A program made the position numbers and the translations under genes. A stretch of DNA of 64,000 bases from Octopus vulgaris. Taxonomy: Eukaryota. The notes under the pieces were generated by a model. That model saw only the letters and a program-made list of their open reading frames with translations. It was not told where the DNA came from and searched no databases. This document shows, piece by piece, positions 54,151 through 64,000 of the stretch (its first letter is position 1; each line of letters begins with the position of its first letter). The stretch covers positions 116,808,001 to 116,872,000 of the forward strand of contig OX597816.1 in assembly GCA_951406725.2 (NCBI GenBank), given 5' to 3'.

Positions 54151-56822
54151 ATATAGAGAGATATATATATAATGGATTAGAATGCACCCCATAGTGCACA
54201 TATTAGAGAGATAGATATAGATACGTATGCATATATATGCATGCATACATACATACATACATACATACATACATACATACATACATACATACATACATGC
54301 ATGCAATATGTGGATACACACATGTATATTTAGTTTTATCTGTGTGCATGCTTTTGTATCTTATATCAGATGTGTATCTATATATGTGTTTACATGCATG
54401 TTCATGTGTATTTGTGGGTATTTTTATATATCTGATTGCACATTTTATAGATGTTTCTGTGTAAAATTACCCATACATGTACAGATGTGTTCATATTTAT
54501 GTGTTCAGACACCACAGGTCACATAAGTCTACCAAGTTTCTGACTTTGAAAAAGCCATTTAAACAGTGATTTATTTATGGGACACCTCCTATATATGTAT
54601 GTTTACATAAGTGTGGTTTGTGTGTACATATTTATGTATGGGAATGTCTATTTGTATTTGATTTGTATAAGTGGATATGTATGTAAGTATGTATGCATAT
54701 GTGTATGTATGGATGGATGGGTGTATGTAGTGTGTGTGTGTGTGTGTTTGTATGTCCATGTATGTATTCGTAAGTGTGAATGTATGTGTGTGTATAGTTA
54801 TGTGTGTGATTCTGTTTGTTTGTGTATGCATATATGTGAGTTGTGTATGTGTGCATGTATGTGTGTGTGTGTTTATCATTTAGCAAGTTGTGATTTTTTT
54901 ATTTTTTAAGATGAGGTTAATTTTCCAAGCCAAGAGAATTTGAACAGAAAATTTAATAATTCAAATAATAGAGAAAACAGTGTGTTATGCCATTACATAA
55001 TGAAGAATAAATATTTATGAGTTTGGTGAATCCAGACACAGTTAAATGAATCATATGATTAGAGAAACTGGAGAGGAATTACAGAATTAACAGGAACCAA
55101 AAGAAATTAGGTGCTACTGACAATTTTTCTGTCTGATGGATTCTTGTAAAAGTTAGTTTAATCATAAATTATTTTTTAAAAAAAAGACCTGTTGACTAAA
55201 AAATAAAAAGCAAAAAGTAGCTTTTATTTTCTGTTTTAGTTTGCTTTTTGTTTTTTATGCTCTTAGTTTTTGTAATTATTTTTTTTCCACGTGTGTGTAG
55301 GTGTGTGCGTGTGTGTCTGTTTCATACTTTGTATTTGTCTGCCATAGTAATAATAATAATGGTTGTGGTGGTGCTGGTGCTGGTGGTGCTGGTGGTGCTG
55401 GTGGTGGTTGCGGCGGCAGCAGCAGCAAGGAGGAGGAGGGGAGGAGGAGGAGGAGGAGGAAGAGGAGGAAAATGGTAATGATAATTGTAATAGTAATAAT
55501 AATGAAAAGATGATGATGACATTTAATAAGAATAATGAAAATGATAATTAGAATAATAGCAACAACACTGATACTAGTAATAACAGTAAGAATTCCAATA
55601 AGAATAATTATGCAAATGATAAATAATAACGATTTATTAACGGTGGTGTTGGTAATTATGATGATGACAGCAACAATGACGATTATAATGATAAAGATGA
55701 TGATGATGATGACAATGTTGATAATGACGGTGATGATAGTGGTGTTGGTGTTAGTGTTAAGAGTGGCAGCAGCAATAATGGTAGTGATGTAGATGGCAAT
55801 GCTGATAATGATGATGATAATGTTGATGATGACAATGATGATGATGATGATGATAATGATGATTTCTCACATTTAGTGCTATCATCATCATCATATTTTG
55901 CTTTATGTTACATTACATAGAAATGTTTTCCCATTTATTTTTTTTATTTATTTTTTGCTTCCATTAAATGCCCTTGAGGCTATTAAAGAAATTATTGGTG
56001 GTTTTTGTTCTTGTTCTTCATTTTGTTCTTACCATTTTCTTTTTGTTTTGTCTTCGTTGATAGAAAAAGTAAAAAAGAAAATTTGAAATGTTTCTAGAAA
56101 TTATGGCTAATTTTGCTTAAAGGAATCAAGTGTTACTAAAACATGCTGTGATTGATCGCAAACATTCCACACAAGAACTGCCTTTGCAGACAAGACAAGA
56201 AAGCTGTGGATTAATTTATAGCCTTGCTGGTACACAGAGTCAATTTACAATGACCAATTTTCATTAAAGTTCCCGTCATGATACAAAATCTTCAACTATA
56301 AACTGTATTAGTTAGATTTCAGTAGCAGCTTCAGCAAGATTGCAGGAAATTATGGCAAGCATTTTCATCTCCTTCAAATGGGAATTAAAGATGATTTGGT
56401 AGTTTAAACATTGCTGTAAGATCCAATAATATTGATCATTACATTAAAGGGAAAGTAGTTGATTTAAGGATGGAGTGGAACTTACAAATCCCTTCCAAAC
56501 TTGTCAGTGTTGTATATAATATACAGTGTGCATAAAGTGAGCTAAGACTGGAGCTAAAAAGAAATTCTCTTTTGTGTACCACATACAATGGTCTTGAAAT
56601 ATTCAGAAGATCCAAAGGAAATTTTCAGGAAGAACCATTTTTATTTATCTGTTTTCGTTTTCCTTTGCTTTGATATATCTTCTCTTGAAATGATGATAAT
56701 AGGAGTTAAGATTCAGTGGAGGAAAATTACAGTAGTCAAACAAGTTGGTCTTAAAGAGATCATTCTTGCAGGCTAGAATTAGAAAGTCAGTATGAATGAT
56801 AGGAACTCAATTGCTGTCGTTG

Positions 56823-56891
<69 letters not shown>

Positions 56892-57281
56892 GTGGTGGTG
56901 GTGGTGATGGTGGTGGTGGTGGTCAGTGATAGTTGTTGTTGCAGTTGATAGTAGAATATAATATATATAGTATTGGGGTACCAGTTGGTGAGTTGTAGCG
57001 GTTTGGGGCTTTGTTGTTACTGTTGGAACTGTATTATGGTTGTTGTAATTCTTGATATTGTGTGTTGGTAGTGGGGTGTGTGGAATCAGCATTCATGTAT
57101 GCAAAGTGTAAAAACAACACTGCAGAATATACAATTAATGCTTTTACGTGTAGAATATTGAAACAGTCTATATACAAACAGCACTGTAGAATATAGAAAT
57201 AATGCAGTTAAGTGCAGAGTGCTGAAACAGCACTGTGGAAGAATACAGAGTAAATAACATTAAGTGTAGAAATGTATAAAA

Positions 57282-57603
57282 CAGGGGTCAGTGAACCAGG
57301 GTAAATTACTCAAGTAGGGTTAAAAATGAAATTTTGGGGGTAATGAGGACTCGTTAGGCATAAGTAAAATTATATAAGAAAATGTGTTCCTTGTTATAAC
57401 AGAAATTTTTCTTCTGGCAGCACTGCATCTGTCCAATGTAATGGATGTGTAAATAAATTCATATAAATAGATTTGGCAAAATAGATTCAATAAAACTTTT
57501 GAATTCAAAGAATCTATGACTTTCTTCCTTTCTACTCATGGGAGTAATGTTGGCATTAATAAATATATTTTAGGGTAATTGGTTAAAAATTCCCTAAGCC
57601 CTG
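57282..57603. mobile_element. hAT-type MITE
   Basis: Ends CAGGG...CCCTG with 8-bp flanks gtataaaa and gtatataa (one mismatch). Interrupts a ~55-bp minisatellite spanning ~57100-57740. Confidence 0.6.
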
Positions 57604-58553
57604 GTATATAAATTACTGTAGAATGTATAAGTGTGGAGTGTAGAGACAGCAATGTGGAATATAGAGTTAATGCTACTGATGTAGGGTGTAGAATAAGCAT
57701 TAATGGGTGCTAAGAATGGTGAATGTAGAATGCAAAGTGAGCACTAGTAAAGGCTTAAAACAGTAATTTTCATCTGGGGTCTGTATGACCCTTGGGGCTC
57801 CATATAAGATTTTGTTGTTAAAGTTTATGTTTACTAAATTAGTTATACTTCTACAACACAAAAGTATTTTAACAACTTTTTATACAATTCCTAATAATAT
57901 TTAATTATAAAAATATAGTGGAGGCAATGGCTTAGTAGTTAGGTTGTTGGACTCATGATTGTAAGGTTGTGGTTTTGATTTCTGGACTGGGCAATACATT
58001 GTGTTCTTGAGCAAAACACTTCATTTCACATTACTCCCATCCACTCAGCTGACAAAAATGAGTAATTCTGTGACAGACCATCTCGTCCAGAAAGACTGAA
58101 AAACTGATCCTATGCTTCTTACAGAGTAATGTGGACTAACCATAAAAATATGATATGATCTTTTTACACACTGATTAGCTATGAGGGTCCACCTGAGTAA
58201 AACAGGAATCAAAGGAGTCCCTTAGTAAAAAAATAGTTGGGTACCTCTGACCCAGAATGATTAGTAGGGCTGTCAGAAGTTAGTGGAATGTCATCCATAG
58301 TGGGTGGAGTGTCAGCAGCTTTATGTTTGTTATTGTTATTGTCAACAGCTTTATGTGTTGTTATTGGTAATTAATTTGAGTAGCATCAAATGGAGTGTTG
58401 TCAATGTTAAGTATAGCATCATGGAAATAAATTGTGTACCATCAGTGTTATATCCTTAGTGTCAACTTTGCAGAGTTGGGTGTTAGCAGAGCTAAGACAA
58501 GTACCAAGTGTTTTACGTGAAATCTAAGTCCACTTAAACAGTGTATCATTAGT

Positions 58554-59044
58554 ATTAAGCCTTCAAATTATTCTGTCAAATTATTATTATTCAAATTATT
58601 ATTAAGCCTTCAAATTATTCTGTCAAAAGTAATGTTTATTTATTCACATTATTTTGAATTAATCATGTACATCTTGTAGCTTTGAGATTTCAATGATGTG
58701 ATTGTTTATTTTTAGAATGACATTATAGGGTAGGTGTGACAGGTCAAATCTTGACAGTTATAAAATAAAACAGGTAGAATATTTGGGTCAGATAAGGTGG
58801 CAGGCTGGCAGAAACATTAGTACGCTGGGCAAAATGCCTTTTGTCTGTCTTTATGTTCTGAGTTCAAATTCCACCAAGGTCGACTTTGCCTTTCATCCTA
58901 TCGGGGTCAATAAGTTAAGTACCAGTTGCATACTCGAGTCGATCTAATCAACTCCCCCACCTCCCCAAAAATTTTGGGCCTTGTACCTAGAGTAGAAAAG
59001 AATATTTGAGTGAGATATGGATGGTTTGAATGCTAAAGGGTTAA
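58554..59044. mobile_element. Putative piggyBac-like MITE remnant with a nested Meta-domain-like SINE (58793-59000)
   Basis: The right end is ...tgctaaaggg-TTAA. The left end is degenerate and duplicated (ttaagccttcaaattattctgtcaaa twice). The SINE is flanked by agaatatttgggtcagata and agaatatttgagtgagata. Confidence 0.55.
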
Positions 59045-60637
59045 ATTAATGTCATCATTTTACAGTCAAATGTCATGAGTGGTGGAGCTGAGTGTCACTT
59101 GTGGTAGAGTGTAGTGTAATTAATCATAAGTGGAGCTTAATTTCAGCAGCAGAGAGTGAAGGAGTGTAATTAGCAGTAAGTTATTAGAGGTGGGTGAAGG
59201 GTAAAGGCAATCGAGTATATCAGCAACAGTGAATGGAATATTATCAATAATGAATAGATTATAAGCTGAGCTGAGTAAGGATCCATTAGTGTGGGAGTGG
59301 CGTGTTACTAGTGGTAGAGTGGCATATTACCACTAGTTGAATGAAGTGTTACCAGTGTTGAAGCACAACAATATCAGTGATCAGGGTGCTTTCAGTAATG
59401 GAGTGGGATATCAGAGATGGAGAGTTAAGAGATGGGGTGGGGGTCATCAATAGTAGTGAATGGAATGTAAACCCTGAGTGACATGTCAGTGGTGGTGAGT
59501 AAAAAGTACCACAGAAAGTCAGCAGCAGCCACACCAAAGGTCTTTCAGTTACAAAGAACAAATCAATATGTTATATATAATGGATCAAAGGAAATCAACA
59601 TATTCATTTCTATTCACTGGTGGGTGTGGCTGAAAATTGGTGGTAATGTGTGGTGATGGCAGTGGTGGTAGTGGTGGTGGTGGTGGTGACAGTGGGGACG
59701 GTGGTGGCAGTGGCAGTGGTAGTGACAATGTTGGCAACACTAATATGTCTTTATAAAAGAAGAGGATTGAACTGATCACATATTCTGCCTTCACCATCAC
59801 CAACACTATCGATACCACCAACACCACCACCAAAAGCCACCACCTCTAATGCCAACACAAACAAGACCACCAGCATCACCATCAACAACAACAACAATAC
59901 CACCAACCCAACAAAGCACAGCACCATCACAAACTCCAACATCAACACCATCACCACTAACAACGTCTCTGTCAAACTAACACAACTACAAACACCACCA
60001 CAAACAACAACGCCAATACCTACAGCAACACCATCATCACCAACACCACTAATACCACCATCAACACCAACACCATCAGCACCAGCACTAGCTCCAATAA
60101 CAACACCACCACTAACAACAACAACACCAACAATGCCACCACCACTAACAACAACAACAACAACAACGTCACCAACAACAATGCTACCACCACCACCAAC
60201 AGCAACAAGAACTACAACAGCACTACCAACAACACCAAAAACGCCACCACTAACACCCACAGCATCAACAACACCTACAACACCTACACCAACAACAACT
60301 AAAACTCCAGCAAGGCATCACTACCACTGCTATCAACAACTCTACAACCCCACTAAAAACAGGTGTAAAGTGAGCGAAGAGAGAGTGAAAGAGATAATTT
60401 TCTCGCTAGGGAAAGATGGGGAAGACAGATCACCGTAGGGTAGGGACTTATGGAGGGTAGAGAGGGGATGGTGGTTGTTTTCTTACCTTTTATTTTATTT
60501 CAGTTTTTTTTCCCTTCTAATATCTTGATTAATCACCACTCTACCAAGGGACTGAGTGGCAAGAGGATGAAACAAGATGAGTTAATTGGACACAAGGTTT
60601 AAAGAGGCACCTCAGGGTTGTATTATGAAACAGAATG

Positions 60638-60677
<40 letters not shown>

Positions 60678-61463
60678 ATGGGTGTGTGTATATATATATA
60701 TATGTGTGTGTGTATGTATATATATTTATATTTATGCATATATGTATATATATATATATAAATATATATAGCTATTTATATAAATGTATACATATATATG
60801 TATGTATATAAATATATATAAAGATATGTGTGTATGTATATATGTGTATATATATATATATATATATAGAGATTGATAGAGAGAGAGAGAAATGGAGAGA
60901 GATGGGTAGGTAGGTAAGTACATAGGTATGTATGTATGTATGTATGCATGTAGGTAGGTAGGTAGGTAGGTAGGTAGATAGGTAGGTAGGTAGGTAGGCA
61001 AAGAGAGTGCGAGAGAGGAAGAGAGAAAGAAAGAAATAGACACACAGGTAGGCAAACAGACAGACAGACAATCAGGCAATGAAGATGAAAGGGAAAAGGG
61101 AAATCTCATGAGGGTGAAGGAGAATAATGAAGAGAGAAAGAGAGAAAGGAAAAGATAAATGTGAGGTGGAAGGAGGGAAAAAGTAAATGAGGGAGAAGGT
61201 ATTAATTAGAGTAAGAGGGAGAATTAATAAGAGAGAAGGAGAGGGTTCAATGAAAGTAAAAAGTTCAATAAGGGAGGGGTTTGAATAAAAAGAATCATTG
61301 GTGAAGGAGGATTGATTAAGAGAAATAAAGGGGAGAATTCAATGAGAGGGAGCACAGAAGTAGTAAGAGGAGATTTTGATGTGATAGAAAGACAGAGAGA
61401 AACAATAGAAGAAAGTGAGAGTGATAGAGAGAGAAAGAGAGAAAGAGTGACAGACAGACAGAC

Positions 61464-61555
<92 letters not shown>

Positions 61556-62155
61556 TGATAGATAGATAGATAGATAGATAGATAGGCAGGCAGTGACAAA
61601 AGTTAGAGAACACAACTGAAGCAGGGAGATTTGATGAAGAGAGACAGATATAGTAATAAATAGGGTTCGAGGGGAAAAAGTGGACAGAGAGAAGTTGGGG
61701 GGGAGAAAAGAGGAGTCACAAAGAACAAAGTAGGGTAACAACAATAAAAGATATTTGCAACAGGAGATGGACGAGAAGGAGGAGGAGGAGAGGGGAGGAG
61801 TATATGAAGGAGGGAAAGTAGAGGAGAGATAAGGAAAGCATAAGAGAAACAGAGGGATATGATGGGAGACACAAGATGGACTGTGGAAAAAGGAATAGAG
61901 TGAGAAATGAAGGAAAGAAAAGGATAAAGATGAGAGAGAGAGAGAAAGAGATAAAGAGTTAAAGAGGAAGATAAAATGGGAGAAGAGCAAAAAAGAGGAA
62001 AAGAGAGATGAAATGATTGACAGGTAGGTAGGTACGTGTGTAGGTAGTCAGTTGGGCTGGTTTGGAGATTTGGATGGATGGATAGACAGATGTACAGACA
62101 GGTAGATGGGCAGATAGGTAGATGGGTGGATATGTATGCGTATATAGATAGATAA

Positions 62156-62205
<50 letters not shown>

Positions 62206-62214
62206 TGATAGATT

Positions 62215-62270
<56 letters not shown>

Positions 62271-62328
62271 TAGATAAATAGGGAGATGAATGTATAAATA
62301 GAGAGATAAATAGATAGTTAGACAGACT

Positions 62329-62415
<87 letters not shown>

Positions 62416-62779
62416 TAGAGAAAAGACTGTGAGGAGAGGAGAAAGGAAATAGAAAGAGAATAAAGGTAAGGAAGTGAGAGTCATAAAACTGCAAATGAGA
62501 AAGAATAAGTTAAGATTGGGATGGTAAATAAAGAATATTACTAATATAGAGGTGGCATTTCTCTGCAAACCAACTGGGACCATGAAACTTGCTTAAATAA
62601 CTACACAGAGGAATTTACCGACATTAATCAGAGATAGATAGAAAACAATAAATAAATAGATGAATAAAATACAATAAAATAAATAAATATATGTATGTAG
62701 AACTGATAACGATGATAATCTTAGTCAAAGAGTCTCAAGATCTTATTTCTCATCCAACCAACACTATATTCCAAACATC

Positions 62780-63315
<536 letters not shown>

Positions 63316-63506
63316 TAAGCCTTCCAAACTCGTGCACTCTAGTTACCCATTGCACCACATAAACACACTACTAACACCACTTACAGTAGCAACTCTTGTA
63401 CCACTGCCACCACCAATTATCGAGGGGGTGAATGAAAGTCAGCAGAATATTGGGGAAGAGATGTCCTGATAAAAGATATTTGTTACCTCTCTTACCCTGA
63501 TCACAC

Positions 63507-63574
<68 letters not shown>

Positions 63575-63783
63575 TACCATTGTATGGTTTAGATGGTTCA
63601 AGATTAACAAAGTGGGGTCTTCATATTTATGTCTGTAAGAACAGAGAGGGATTTTCGTTTTGTTATCTACAAAGGAGTCAGCAGATGAAATATATACATA
63701 TATGTGTATATATATACATAAATATATATGTGTGTGTGTATATATATATATATATAGGTATGTATATACCTACATATATGCAC

Positions 63784-63838
<55 letters not shown>

Positions 63839-64000
63839 TATGTATGTATGTAAGCATATCTCTGTATGCATACACATATACACGCATTGATGAGGATGCT
63901 AGAAGAGGAAAACTGACAAAGGTTTCAGATATTCACAACAGATCTGCATTCAATCAACACTGGCTCTTTGAGCACCTATCAGCAGGTCAATGGTAATTTC

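Noticed and set aside
56050-56780. Repeat-free stretch that could be an exon or conserved non-coding element
   Set aside because: No convincing ORF, splice pattern or homology can be seen from sequence alone.
59751-60438. Mucin-like Thr/Pro-rich ORF
   Set aside because: A degenerate (ACC/AAC)n array open in several frames on both strands, with no signal peptide or gene context.

Overview
AT-rich, microsatellite-dense eukaryotic (animal) DNA with no supportable host gene. The repeat content suggests an octopus or other coleoid cephalopod (inference only). Almost all short ORFs in the track are translations of (TA)n, (CA)n, (TAA)n or (GATA)n arrays. The real content is mobile DNA: a decayed RTE LINE, a Helitron with both termini (2911-7273), a near-full-length R4/Dong-clade REL-endonuclease LINE with stacked 3' fragments in (TAA)n, two decayed mariners, several MITEs and many tRNA-derived SINEs. 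The most striking structure is a ~9-kb palindrome (19791-28590) with ~3-kb near-identical arms. It is centred on two tandem 5'-truncated Penelope-like (Naiad-type) RT/GIY-YIG ORFs, and each arm carries a minimal hammerhead ribozyme motif. A recurring theme is hammerhead-like cores inside fold-back repeats. The best case is a tRNA-headed, hammerhead-tailed SINE-like element inserted as an inverted pair within a 15-bp target-site duplication (7542-8719), a candidate Penelope-mobilised ribozyme-SINE. Coordinates of degenerate repeats are approximate, and the ribozyme folds were paired by eye.
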